A program made the position numbers and the translations under genes. The notes under the pieces were generated by a model. The model ran no database searches and had not been told where the DNA came from. It worked only from the letters and a program-made list of their open reading frames with translations. Below are positions 1-10,285 of a stretch of DNA of 64,000 nt, piece after piece. Source of the stretch: an uncultured delta proteobacterium (lineage in GTDB: Bacteria; Myxococcota; B64-G9); the NCBI GenBank assembly GCA_963754925.1, contig CAVWHX010000007.1, positions 192,001 through 256,000 of the forward strand, given 5' to 3'. The first letter of the stretch is position 1. Each line of letters starts with the position of its first letter.

Positions 1-1
1 C

Positions 2-940
2 ATGGGGACGTTCCAGACGATCATCAATGACCCGGCGCTCAACGCTGCGGGAGAGAACCTCAAGGTATTTCTACAAGTGCAGGACACCGGCGTGCACATA
101 ACCGATGGCGCCTGGGCTTTTGCCGGAGCGCCCGGACACCGGTTTATTACCGAAGGGTTTGCTGCCGCGGTCAGAGACGCTCACGGCGACATAGTTACCA
201 ACGCCAAGGTCAAGGAGGTTATCATTCAGGACGGGAAAGCGGGTGGTGTTGTCGTTGAAATTGACGGCGCAACGATTGAAATAAAATCCTCGATGGTAAT
301 CTGCACCGCCCCGCCCAAGGCATTGCTGAAGTTTTTGCCGGAAAGCGCACTGCCAGCAGATTTCGTTAGATTAACTAAAAAGATAATCCATACATCTATG
401 GTTGCCGGCAACTTCGGTATGTCTAAACCGCTGAATTCCTTCTGTAAGCTCAAGGTTGACCTCAGGTCTTTCCATCACACCTCCACGTTGATTCCCGAGA
501 GCGAAGGGTTGTTCAGGGGCAATGTTCCACTCGACATAGTGGCGCTATCTGAGATTGCACCCACAACCGCCCCTGAAGGCAAGCACTTGGCAGGTATGGC
601 GAGCAGTATCCTGGATAGCGAAGCGCATGATAAGAAGAAGGTGAACATAGTAATCGATAGGATGCTGAAGTTTGCCGATACTGCATTTCCAGGCTGGCGA
701 AAATCACTTGATTGGATGCTGGTTACGGTATGAGATACCTGTATCTTGTGGAGACATCCAGAGGATGAATGGGTGGATGTGAAATGCCCTTCTATCGAAG
801 GGTTGTATTTTGCCGGTGATACCTACGGCAAGCGCACCAACGAAGGGGGGATTGAGGGCGCCACCCACTCTGCGTTTATTTGTGCGAGCGCCATAACCGG
901 TAAGGATTATCTGCAACTCCTACCGCCCGTTTTCCGCTAA
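2..940 (+). CDS. FAD/NAD(P)-dependent oxidoreductase, phytoene dehydrogenase-like (5'-partial; in-frame TGA at 731-733)
   Basis: ORFs 2..733 and 746..940 share a frame and are separated only by TGA. Motifs P-x-x-A-P-E-G-K and IEGLYFAGD...GIEGA are typical of this family. Confidence 0.7.
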
Positions 941-999
941 TGATCATTGGGTTCTACTTCCATCACCGTGCAGGCTGCTACGAGCGATAGATTTGAGTT

Positions 1000-3900
1000 T
1001 TACACTTCGTCGGGGCTAACCGACTGCGTTTGCGGTACCGCCTCCGGCTCCTGCACTTCTTCTTTATTATGATCGCGCGCGATGAGCAGGTAGATAGCCG
1101 GCACAAAAAACAGCGTGAAGGCGGTGCTGAGGGCCATGCCGGCCACCAACACAAGACCGATGCTATTGCGCGCCGAAGCACCCGGTCCGGTGACGAGCGT
1201 TAAGGGAAAGTGGCCGCAGACCGTGGCCACGCTCGTCATGAGCACCGGGCGCAGACGGGTGGTCGCGGCCTCTCGGATCGCGTCCAATTTGCTCTTGCCT
1301 TGCTCCTGCAGCTTGTTGGCAAACTCGACGATGAGGATGCCGTTTTTGGACACCAGCCCTACGAGCGTCACTAAACCGACCTGCGAGTAGATGTTGAGGG
1401 TGGTGGTCCAGCCGTTGGTCCAAAACGGGATATTGGGGTTTGGCATTTTCAGGAATGTCATCAAGAGCGCGCCGAACATGGCGAGCGGCACGGAGCCGGC
1501 CAGGATGACGAACGGGTCGCGGAAGCTGTTGAACTGCGCCGCAAGCACCAGGAAAATGAGGACGATGGCCAATAAGAAGGCCGGTAGGAATTTGTTGCCC
1601 TCGGTGCGCAGCTGGCGCGATTCACCGGTATAGCCGAGGGTGTATCCTTTTGGCAGGATATTGGCCGCCTCCCCCTCAAGGAAGCTCAGCGCCTGGTCCA
1701 GCGGTCGAATCGCCACGCCGCTTATCTTCACCGCGTTGAGTTGCTGAAAGCGGTTGAGCGAGCGCGGCACGACCGCATCCCTCAATGTGGCGATGGTGTT
1801 GAGCGCGATGAGCTGCCCGCTGGGTCCGGTCACGTACAGGTGCTCGAGTTGCTCGGGATTGAGGCGATTGGCGCGGACGATCTGCGGAATGACCTTGTAG
1901 CTCCTGCCGGCGATGCTGAAGCGATTGATATAGTTGCCGCCGACCGCTGCGGCCAGATCTTGGCCCACCGTTTGAAGGTTGAGGCCGAGTTGAGCGGCTT
2001 TATCGCGATCTATCACGATCTCTGATTGGGGCTGGTCGATCTTGGTGTCGATCTGCGGTGGAAACGCAAACATCCCGCTCAAGGTGGCTTTTTCCTGGAT
2101 CTTCCGCGCGAAATCAAGAATCTCCGTAGTCTCGGCGGTGGCGGCAATGATGAATTCCACCGGGAAGGTGCCGCCGCCGGGCAACGACGGAGGCAGAATG
2201 GCAAATGTCTGGATACCGGGTATTGCCGCTACTTTGGCTTGAATCTCCGGGAGAATCCGAGCCGCAGATCGCTTCCGTTCGTCCCAAGGTTTCAGGCCAT
2301 CGCCCCAGAACCCGCCGGTGGGATACGTGATTTGGAAGGTAAATTGAGTCTCCGGAATGGTCTGCATGTCCTCATTGACTACCTTGGTATACTGGGTGAC
2401 CTGTTCGATAGTCGAGTTCGAAGGCGTATTGAGGATGCCGAAAACCACCCCTTGATCTTCCGCTGGCGCCAGCTCCTTGGGCGCCTGGGTGAACATGAGC
2501 AGCGCGAGCACGCTTACCACAATCCAGGCCAGGTAAATGGTGCCGCGGTAACGAAGCGCGAAGTCGAGATGCTGCACATAGACGGCCTTGAGACGGTCAT
2601 AGGCGCGGTTGATGTATTTCGCCAAGCCTTTGTCCTCTTGACCTTTGCGGAGCAAAGCCGAGGACATGACCGGCGAAAGGGTCAGAGCCACCACGCCGGA
2701 GATGGTCACCGCGCCCGCCAGCGTCAGGGCGAATTCGCGAAAGAGCGAACCCGTGAGGCCGCCCTGGAAGGCGATCGGCGTGTACACCGCCGCCAAGGTG
2801 ATGGTCATAGCGATAATCGGTCCGATCAGCTCGCGCGCTCCTTTGATGGCCGCGTCGCGCGGGCGCATACCCTCGCGCAGGTGGCGCTCGATGTTTTCCA
2901 CCACGACTATGGCATCGTCGACCACCAACCCGACCGAAAGAACGATGGCGAGCAGCGTCAGCAGGTTGATGGTGAAGCCCAGTGCTTGAATGAGGAAAAC
3001 CCCGCCAATGAGGGAAACCGGGATGGCCACCACCGGCACCAACGCTGAACGAAAAGAACCAAGAAAGAGAAAGATTACTATCACCACGATGAAAAGCGTC
3101 TCTCCCAACGTCTCTTCGACATCCTGGATAGCGCTTTGGATGTAGATGGTGCTGTCGTAGGCCATGACCGCCTTGATCTGTTCGGGAATCTCCTTTTGCA
3201 GCGAGGCCAATTCGACGCGGACGCGCTTGATCACGTCGAGGGTGTTGGCGTTCGGTAGCGCCCAAACGCCGATAAACACCGCCGTCTCACCGTTGAAGTT
3301 GACCTGCGTGTCGTAGTCCTCGGCGCCCAACACCACGTCGGCCACATCGCGCAGGTGAACGGGGGCGCCGTCGTTCTCCCGAATCACCATGTTCCTGAAT
3401 TCCTCGACCGACCGCAGATCCGTGTTGGTAGTTAAGTTGACCTGAACGAGCGCTCCCTTGGTCTGGCCGACCGCTGCTTGATAATTGTTTCGCGCCAGCG
3501 CCTGTCGCAACTGGTCCGGGCTAATACTGAGCGCCGCCATTTTATCGGGTTTAAACCAAATGCGCATCGCAAACGTGCGCGCGCCGAGGATATCGGCGCG
3601 TTGAACGCCGTCGATAGCGGAAAGCCTGGGCTGAACCACCCGAACCAGGTAATCGGTAATTTCATTCTGTTTGAGAAATTTTGACGAGAAGCCCAGATAG
3701 GCCGCCGCAACCTGGCTGTCGGCGGATTCGATATTGATGATCGGGATCTCGGCCTCGGGCGGAAGATCACCGCGCACCTGGTTGACCTTTGAGCTTATTT
3801 CCGAGAGCGCCTTGGTGGCTTCGTAGTTGAGGCGCAGTCGAGCGCGGATGAGAGAGACGTTCTGACTGCTCTGCGATTCGATGTAGTCGATACCGTCGGC

Positions 3901-4119
3901 GGCGGCAATCACGCGCTCGAGCGGCGTGGTGATGAACCCGCGCACGAGATCCGCGCTCGCGCCGACGTAGGTGGTGGTGACGGTGATGGCGGCGTTTTCG
4001 CTGCGCGGATACTGGCGCACGTTCAATGAACGAACCGCTTGCACACCTGCGATTATGATAACCAGGTTGACGACGATTGCGATAACGGGGCGCCGGATGA
4101 AGAGGTCGGTGAATTTCAT
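1000..4119 (-). CDS. RND efflux transporter permease, AcrB/MexW-like
   Basis: Starts MKFTDLFIRRPVIA. Contains GLVVDDAIVVVENIERH and RLRPVLMT, and a likely RBS (AAGGGG) precedes the ATG at 4119. Confidence 0.93.
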   Translation of the reverse strand: MKFTDLFIRRPVIAIVVNLVIIIAGVQAVRSLNVRQYPRSENAAITVTTTYVGASADLVRGFITTPLERVIAAADGIDYIESQSSQNVSLIRARLRLNYEATKALSEISSKVNQVRGDLPPEAEIPIINIESADSQVAAAYLGFSSKFLKQNEITDYLVRVVQPRLSAIDGVQRADILGARTFAMRIWFKPDKMAALSISPDQLRQALARNNYQAAVGQTKGALVQVNLTTNTDLRSVEEFRNMVIRENDGAPVHLRDVADVVLGAEDYDTQVNFNGETAVFIGVWALPNANTLDVIKRVRVELASLQKEIPEQIKAVMAYDSTIYIQSAIQDVEETLGETLFIVVIVIFLFLGSFRSALVPVVAIPVSLIGGVFLIQALGFTINLLTLLAIVLSVGLVVDDAIVVVENIERHLREGMRPRDAAIKGARELIGPIIAMTITLAAVYTPIAFQGGLTGSLFREFALTLAGAVTISGVVALTLSPVMSSALLRKGQEDKGLAKYINRAYDRLKAVYVQHLDFALRYRGTIYLAWIVVSVLALLMFTQAPKELAPAEDQGVVFGILNTPSNSTIEQVTQYTKVVNEDMQTIPETQFTFQITYPTGGFWGDGLKPWDERKRSAARILPEIQAKVAAIPGIQTFAILPPSLPGGGTFPVEFIIAATAETTEILDFARKIQEKATLSGMFAFPPQIDTKIDQPQSEIVIDRDKAAQLGLNLQTVGQDLAAAVGGNYINRFSIAGRSYKVIPQIVRANRLNPEQLEHLYVTGPSGQLIALNTIATLRDAVVPRSLNRFQQLNAVKISGVAIRPLDQALSFLEGEAANILPKGYTLGYTGESRQLRTEGNKFLPAFLLAIVLIFLVLAAQFNSFRDPFVILAGSVPLAMFGALLMTFLKMPNPNIPFWTNGWTTTLNIYSQVGLVTLVGLVSKNGILIVEFANKLQEQGKSKLDAIREAATTRLRPVLMTSVATVCGHFPLTLVTGPGASARNSIGLVLVAGMALSTAFTLFFVPAIYLLIARDHNKEEVQEPEAVPQTQSVSPDEV

Positions 4120-4141
4120 GGGCAATCCCCTTGTTAAGCGC

Positions 4142-5280
4142 TCACTGCTCCGCCGGCCGCGGTGAAATCTCGCCGGGGGTGCAAGGTCGTTTTTCGCCAC
4201 TACTGCCGCGCCGTTACGTAGCTTAAAAGCACCGCTCGAAACGACGGTTTCACCAACCTGCAGGCCCGAGGTAACAGCGACGAAATCGCCCCGTTGCTCG
4301 CCGAGTCGCACAAATTTCTGCTGTGCCACTTTTATCGAGGTGCCATCGGCAGCTTTCTTCTGCTCTACGGCGAACACCGAATCTCCAAACGGGGCGTAAA
4401 TGACTGCGGTGATGGGTATGAGCAACACCGGATGATTATGCCCCAGCAGCACCTCAACGGTGCCGAACATACCAGGGCGAAGGCGGCCATCGGGGTTGGG
4501 GAAGGTGGCGCGCACGCGCACATTGCGCGTGCTTACATCGACTTCGGAGTTGATCGTTGAGATCTCGCCATCCCAGCTGGCATCCGGGAAGCTGTCGGTA
4601 TGCAACAGCACCTTCATCCCAAGCTTCAAATTAGCTAATGTTTGCTGAGGCAGTGGGAATTCGGCGTAGATGAAATGCTCCGACTGGAGCGTGACAATAG
4701 GCGTCCCGGGCGAAAGCACCTGGCCGAGATCCACCTGCCGAATGCCGAGCTTGCCGTCAAACGGGGCGCGGATAGTTTTTTTAGCGATGGTGGCCTGCAG
4801 GATCGCCACTTGGGCATTGGCTTGCTTGGCGCGCGCTTCGGCCGCTTCCAGGTCGGCGACGGTGTTATTGCCGCCCTCGCGTAATTTGCGCGCCCTCTCA
4901 AGCGTTTGATTAGCAAGCGCTGCGTCTGCGAGCGCCGATTGAAGCTGTCCTTCCTCCACAGAAGTATCGAGCTTGAGCAGCTTCTCGCCGCTCTTTACGG
5001 AGTCTCCGGAGTCGAATCCGAGGTATCGCACGGTCCCGGTTACTTCCGAAGCCAGGGTGACGCCATGCACCGCAACGAGCGATCCAATAGCTGGTTGCAT
5101 TGCTTCCCATTCGGCAGACTCAACCGCGGCTGTGGTTACCGATTCAGGTGGCGGCACGAACGATTTACCGGCTTTGATCATCGCTCCGATCTGCAGGGCT
5201 TTGACACCGGCCAATGCGCCGGTCATTACAATCAGCCCGACGATGACTGAAACCCAGAGCTTCCAATTGGTTTTTTTCAT
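4142..5280 (-). CDS. RND efflux periplasmic adaptor (membrane fusion protein); 1-nt indel near 4175 fuses it to the permease in the ORF track
   Basis: Start MKKTNWK with AGGAG RBS. Motifs IRAPFDG and LRPGMF. The shifted frame ends EISPRPAEQ* at 4142. Confidence 0.88.
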
Positions 5281-5581
5281 AACTATGCTCCTTGAATCGT
5301 TATGATCTCCGAATAGATTTTTTATCGTTACCGCTCCCTCTTCAATTTTCATAAAACGTTCCCGATTCAGGATAACTAATATCTGCAAATATCATACCTT
5401 ATTGCTACTAGAACGAACTCATTGCAAATAAAGCGATTAAGGAGCATTTGAACCCAGCGCAAAATGAGCTGGCGCACAAAATGGATGGCCAGTAGTGAAC
5501 ACTTTGCTCTGAGAATCTCTTTCAATTCGCCCAGTTTTTTGTGAGAAATTCGGTAGTGGATCAGTTTGCAGCTTTGCAGTA

Positions 5582-5766
5582 TTGTCATTTCGAGCGTTAG
5601 AGACTGTTAGCGAGGGAAGCGAGCGTTACAGTCTCTTATCCCTTTAGGGACAGCGAGAAATCTAAACCACTAATGAGATCGTATTTAGATATCTCCCTTT
5701 CCCTAAAGGGATAAGAGTTTGTAAGCTCACTTTGTTCGCAACAATCTCTAACGGTCGATATGACAA
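5582..5766. repeat. Palindromic REP/RPE-like intergenic element, copy 1
   Basis: TTGTCATTTCGAGC...GCGAGAAATCT...AGATATCTCCC...GGTCGATATGACAA. The first ~80 nt are nearly identical to 8664-8745. Confidence 0.75.
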
Positions 5767-5917
5767 CGTACTCGTTTATGAGTCGGTTTTACGTGTCGTT
5801 CGATGAATACCCGTAAGCCTCAAACTGGCCCACTGCTAAAAATTTGGACATGTTGACTTGATTCGAAGATTATAATGGGTTGAAAAGGTTTTTAGATTAA
5901 GTTAACGGGATTGATAC

Positions 5918-6853
5918 ATGAGAGAATCGCTGCACGGAAGGCATTTGGTGTCGCTGAGCGATCTAAGCGCTGAAGAAATTTTTCATATTCTTGAAGTAGC
6001 CGATGATCTTAAGCGCAAGCATTACAGAAACGAGGTTTACCGTCCGCTCGTTGGCAAGACCCTGGCGATGATCTTTCAAAAACCATCGCTGCGTACCCGG
6101 GTGTCGTTCGAAGCGGGAATGAACCGCTACGGCGGCCACGCCGTCTACCTTGGCCCGGAAGACATCCAGCTCGGCCAACGCGAGTCCACGGCGGATATAG
6201 CGCGCACGCTCTCACGCTACGTCGATGCGATTATGGCGCGGACGTTCGGCCATGATATTGTCGTTGAGCTCGCCCGCTACGCCAGCGTCCCAGTGATAAA
6301 CGGTCTTACCGACTTTGAGCATCCGTGCCAGATTCTCGCGGATCTCATGACGGTACGCGAAAAGAAAGGCACTCTGACAGGCCTGAAGATGGCATTTTTG
6401 GGCGACGGTAACAACGTTGCCCACAGTTTGCTTCAGGGCTGCGCCAAGGTGGGCATGCATCTGACTCTCGCCGTCGCAAAAGGTTACGAACCCAATAAAC
6501 GCCTGCTTGCCGAGGCCCGCAAGGATGCCAAGGACACAGGAGCCATTCTCAAAGTGACGCATCAGCTTGATGAGGCCCTCGAGGATGCAGACGTCGTTTA
6601 CACAGATGTTTGGGTAAGTATGGGACAAGAGGCTAAAAAAACAAAAAAGATAAAAACAATGAGGCCTTACCAACTAAATGTTAAAGCACTATCTAAGGCA
6701 AAATCAGATGCGATTGTCCTGCATTGCCTACCCGCCCATCGCAATGAAGAGATTACGGACGAAGTAATCGAGGGATCGCACTCGGTGGTGTTCGACCAGG
6801 CTGAAAACCGTCTCCACGCTCAAATGGCGGTCCTGGTGCAGGTAATCTCTTAA
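5918..6853 (+). CDS. argF: ornithine carbamoyltransferase
   Basis: Motifs SLRTRVSF, HPCQ, DVWVSMG and HCLP; 311 aa. Confidence 0.95.
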   Translation: MRESLHGRHLVSLSDLSAEEIFHILEVADDLKRKHYRNEVYRPLVGKTLAMIFQKPSLRTRVSFEAGMNRYGGHAVYLGPEDIQLGQRESTADIARTLSRYVDAIMARTFGHDIVVELARYASVPVINGLTDFEHPCQILADLMTVREKKGTLTGLKMAFLGDGNNVAHSLLQGCAKVGMHLTLAVAKGYEPNKRLLAEARKDAKDTGAILKVTHQLDEALEDADVVYTDVWVSMGQEAKKTKKIKTMRPYQLNVKALSKAKSDAIVLHCLPAHRNEEITDEVIEGSHSVVFDQAENRLHAQMAVLVQVIS

Positions 6854-6935
6854 GCTAATCAAAACGAGCGGGTTTTCTCGTCACGAATTTCCCAACGAGT
6901 ATAACAGCAGTTAGAGAGCGGCATGAAAGTGCGCG

Positions 6936-7574
6936 TTACGCGCCGAAGGTCAAACCGAAACGAATTTGAATCGTAATAAGCCAGGCCTTGAAATCAGAAT
7001 TGAAACCAAATGCTCCAAAAGTTCCTTTGATGTACGGGACAAACGACGGACCAACTGAAGCGAAGAAGCCCATCTTGAATTCACCAGCGCCGAATGCAAA
7101 GACATCCATATGGAACCGCGGTGAGATCTCAAAACCATCATACGTATCATTGGTCTTGTCGACTGATAGGGCATAGTAGCCAAAGTCACCAACAAGGCCC
7201 AGCCAGATGCGATCGCTGACCATGCCGCCAGCCTTGACTGAGGCCCCGACTCCGAAGTGCTCGACATCGGTTGTACCGACTTTTTCAATCTCGCCGGTGC
7301 CTTTGACGTAGTTGAAGTATGCACCAAGGTGCACGTTCTTGTTGAGGATCCAGTATCCAGACAGATGAATACCGCCAGCGAATTTCGAGGTGAGGTCTAA
7401 ATTGTCATTTACATTATCAAAGGAAATAGAACCCCACACCCTTGGGGGGCACAGGATTCCGCCGATTTGGCCATAGCCCCAGCTTGGCTGATGCTGTTCA
7501 GCCTTTGCCACTCCAGAAGCATAAAACAACCATCCAGCCAGTGCGAGCACCACGGTGGCTTTTAATTCTCTCAT
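6936..7574 (-). CDS. secreted hypothetical protein, probable outer-membrane beta-barrel
   Basis: Signal peptide, alternating aromatic/Gly strands, C-terminal RFGLTFGA. Confidence 0.6.
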   Translation of the reverse strand: MRELKATVVLALAGWLFYASGVAKAEQHQPSWGYGQIGGILCPPRVWGSISFDNVNDNLDLTSKFAGGIHLSGYWILNKNVHLGAYFNYVKGTGEIEKVGTTDVEHFGVGASVKAGGMVSDRIWLGLVGDFGYYALSVDKTNDTYDGFEISPRFHMDVFAFGAGEFKMGFFASVGPSFVPYIKGTFGAFGFNSDFKAWLITIQIRFGLTFGA

Positions 7575-7700
7575 ACTATTCCTTTTAAGGTTTCCAGATG
7601 AATGAAGTTAATACAAATAATGCTTTCATTATCTTGATTATTCTCTTAGATTTGATGGCTAAATTAGGCTATAGTGGATAACACTGTCAAGACCTAGTTG

Positions 7701-8590
7701 CTAGGATTGTACCCACCCATTTTCAAGTCCGACCCGATGTAGAATCTCAACCGCATGTTCAAACTCGTCCGAGGTCAATTGGCGATCGAGGGGCGGGATG
7801 CCCGGCGCTCGGTTTGCCGGAAAATACTGACGCATAAGACTAACGTAGGTTTGTACCCCAAGGTCCTCGGCGATAAAAGTCAACGCCTTTTCAGTACCCG
7901 AGAGATCTCCTGGCAACACCAGGTGCCGGATCAGCATCCCTCGTGTTGCAACCCCCTCATAGTCAAGCTCGAGATGCCCAACTTGCCGGAGCATCTCTTT
8001 AATGCCGCTTTTGCGACCTCCCAATAGTTATCGGCGTTCGAGCAGCGCTGGGCTGCATCATTCGAGGAAGACTTTAAGTCAGGCATGTAAATATCTATAA
8101 TTCCATCGAGAAGCTGTAGAGCTTCTATGCCGTCGTATCCACTCGAGTTATACACAATCGGAACTTTCAGGCCTGCCGCTATGGCAACCGCAAGCGCTTC
8201 TAAAAATAACCAGGTCATATGACTGGGGGTGACCAAATTGATGTTGTGGGCGCCGCGTTGCTGGAGGCTGAGCATCGCTTCGGCCAACTCCGCGGTTGAA
8301 ACCGGTCGACCGTGCCGCATCTGGCTAATGGGATAGTTTTGACAGAAGACGCAACACAGGTTGCAGCCGGAGAAAAAGATGGTCCCTGAACCCCGGAAGT
8401 CCGAGATCGGCGGTTCCTCTCCGTGGTGGAGGTTGGCAGAGGAAAGCAAGGCGCGATTCCCGACCCCGCAGAAGCCGATTTCTCCTTCGACGCGATTGAC
8501 CAAGCAATGCCGCGGACAGAGGCAACAACTAACCGACAACGCGCGAGCTTTTTCAATCCGCTGCCTCAGTTCGCCAGATGACATTTTCAT
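7701..8590 (-). CDS. radical SAM protein, PflX-like (frameshift near 8010)
   Basis: CNLCCVFCQN (CxxxCxxC) and HHGEEPPIS in ORF 7931..8590. RHLVLPG and SLMRQYFP continue in ORF 7701..8024. Confidence 0.85.
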
Positions 8591-8663
8591 GTAAACTGAT
8601 CATTATTCACGTTTCATCCTATCAATTGTTGGGTCTTTCGCAATGGCTTTACACCATAGTCAC

Positions 8664-8797
8664 TTGTCATTCGAGCGTGAGAGACTGTTAGCGAGGGAAG
8701 CGAGCGTTACAGTCTCTTATCCCTTTAGGGGTAGCGAGAAATCTCAACATTTAACTATAGGTAGCTTAGAGATATCTCCCTTCGGTCGATTTGACAA
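8664..8797. repeat. Palindromic REP/RPE-like intergenic element, copy 2
   Basis: TTGTCATTCGAGC...GCGAGAAATCT...AGATATCTCCCTTCGGTCGATTTGACAA. Confidence 0.75.
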
Positions 8798-8915
8798 CAC
8801 GTTATCGTAACACTACACTATTTGCTTCAGCCTGGTGTTGGTCATAAGAGACACGCCACCGCCGCGTGGCCGCGAGCGGTTAGTGCCTGGGATTGTACTC
8901 CGGTTTGAAGAAATT

Positions 8916-10285
8916 CTATGACTTATTGCCGCGTTCTTCGTCGGGAATGGCTTCGAGGTAGTTGATTTTTTTTGCCGGACCGACGATCTGAAGGCGCTGT
9001 TCGATCTCTTCGGCTTTTCCGACCACAATCACGCTGAGATCCCGCGGCCTGAGATGGCGCTTGAGGGCGGCATTTACTTCATCGAGGGTCGGCGCAACCA
9101 CACGCTGACGGTAGCGGCGCACCCAATCCTCGGGCAACCCATAGAAATCGGCCATCAGGAGTTCCTGCGCTATGCCCTCGGGCGGTTGCAATCGCAACGC
9201 ATACGAGCCCGCAAGGTTGTTTTTCGCGGCCACCAGCTCCTCAGCATTAATACCGTCGCGCCGCACGGATTCAATCTCGGCAAGCAACATTTCCAAGGTA
9301 GCGGCGGTTTCGGAGGAACGCGTAAATGTCTGTGCGACAAACAATCCACGATTACGTCCAGCTACAAAGGACGATCCAACGCCATACGTCTTGCCACCCT
9401 TAGAGCGCAGGTTCTTCATCAAGCGCGACGAGAAACCTCCCCCACCCAAAGCGTAGTTGCCCAGGATCAAAGGCAGAAAATCCGGATCGGTGCGATGAAT
9501 TCCGACGTGCCCGACCACCAACGTTGCCTGGGTCAGATCGGGTTTATCAATCAACCGAATCGACAGACCCCGACGAGCGACCGGATCCGTCGGCAACTCC
9601 GGCACGTCCGCGGTTGCGCCCCACGTTGAAAAGGCTCCGTCAACCAGATCGATAATCTCATGGTGCGTTATGTCTCCTGCAACCGACAACAGCGCGCCCT
9701 GCGGTTGAAAGGTCTGCCGATACACCTGGGCCAGATCTTCGGCCGAAACTCTTTGCGCGGTTTCAAGGCTTGCCGGCCGACCGCGGGGATCCTGATAGCC
9801 ATACACCACATATCGCAAGTGCTCGACAGCCAGCGAATACGGCTGATCGCGCTTCATACGTATCCCACCCTCCACTTGCGGGCGCGCCTTCTCAAGCTCC
9901 TCAGCCGGAAATGTTGGATGAAGAGCCACATCCGAAAAAAGCTCAAACCCCTTGGCCAATCACGTTTTAAAAAACGACCCTGAATCCTGATATACTCATC
10001 GTCTTTCCAGGCCGCGAGATTACCTCCCAACCTGTCCACTTCGGCGGCGATTTGATCCGCCGTTTTTGTCTGCGTGCCTTGGGTGAGCATCTCAGTCAGT
10101 AACAACGTCAGGCCGGCTTTCCCGGGTGGAACAGCCACCTCCCCGCCGGTCACGATGAGATTGAAATAGACCACCGGTTGTTCGTGCCGCTCGACGACCT
10201 GGAGCTTGAGGCCAGATGAAAGCACCGCCGCATCGACCCGCGGCAATTCAATCGGCGCGCCGCTCGGCGATCCTGGCCGAAGCAA
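8916..10285 (-). CDS. M16 (pitrilysin) peptidase, non-catalytic half (frameshift near 9965)
   Basis: ORFs 9854..10285 and 8916..9959 join. Motifs LGGGGFSSRL and R-x-K-G-G-K-T-Y; no HxxEH. Confidence 0.82.

Noticed and set aside
2026..3048. Long antisense ORFs over the RND gene and other GC-rich genes
   Set aside because: Shadow frames of well-supported genes, with no motifs of their own.
1000..5388. 1462-aa natural fusion of membrane fusion protein and RND permease
   Set aside because: A one-base shift at a G run near 4175 restores a normal adaptor C-terminus and stop, and the permease has its own RBS and ATG.
5845..5876. sigma70 promoter for argF
   Set aside because: TATAAT is present, but candidate -35 boxes are spaced 12 or 20 nt away.
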